IMG/VR virus record: IMGVR_UViG_3300035491_000246
Coordinates: 1 to 33,347 of that record
From: a virus
Lineage: Duplodnaviria; Caudoviricetes
Strand: one strand, 5' to 3'
Length of the DNA stretch: 33,347 nt
The position numbers were made by a program, and so were the translations under genes. The notes under the pieces were generated by a model. It was not told the origin of the DNA, did no database searches, and was given only the letters and a program-made list of their open reading frames with translations. Each line of letters begins with the position of its first letter. The stretch's first letter is position 1. This document shows positions 33,281 to 33,347 of the stretch, in pieces.

Positions 33281-33347
33281 ACAGAGAGCGGCATATCCAG
33301 TTAACGATCACCAACCAAAGATCGGCTGGGGAATGCTCGGGGAATAC

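Overview
The window holds one complete lambdoid (HK97-like head, siphovirus tail) prophage of a GC-rich gammaproteobacterium. It is integrated in a tRNA-Leu(TAA) gene and bounded by a perfect 60-bp direct repeat (68-127 and 33221-33280), giving a unit length of 33,153 bp. Gene order: int-xis, an N-terminally truncated DHH-family gene directly behind pL, an immunity region (OL - TerB-like/BRCT gene - membrane zinc-ribbon gene - cI - OR - cro - cII), lambda O/P-type replication with iterons, Rha/KilAC, DUF968, RusA, Q, holin/M15 endolysin/Rz/Rz1, two HNH genes, terminase, head and tail genes. A P22 immI-like module (mnt/arc/ant) and a lipoprotein moron lie before the tape measure gene, followed by a chimeric receptor-binding protein and tail-tip genes. 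Main observations: (1) operator repeats show that two uncharacterised genes (tandem TerB-like + BRCT; TM + zinc ribbon) occupy the lambda rexAB slot between OL and cI, a candidate anti-phage/exclusion system; (2) the early-left operon appears deleted; (3) a sar/oop-like antisense-RNA architecture recurs three times; (4) three LexA-like boxes at 17-bp period overlap the late promoter; (5) the integrase arm-site motif reappears just outside attR at identical spacing, suggesting a tandem second element. All family assignments are from motif recognition and synteny, not database searches.
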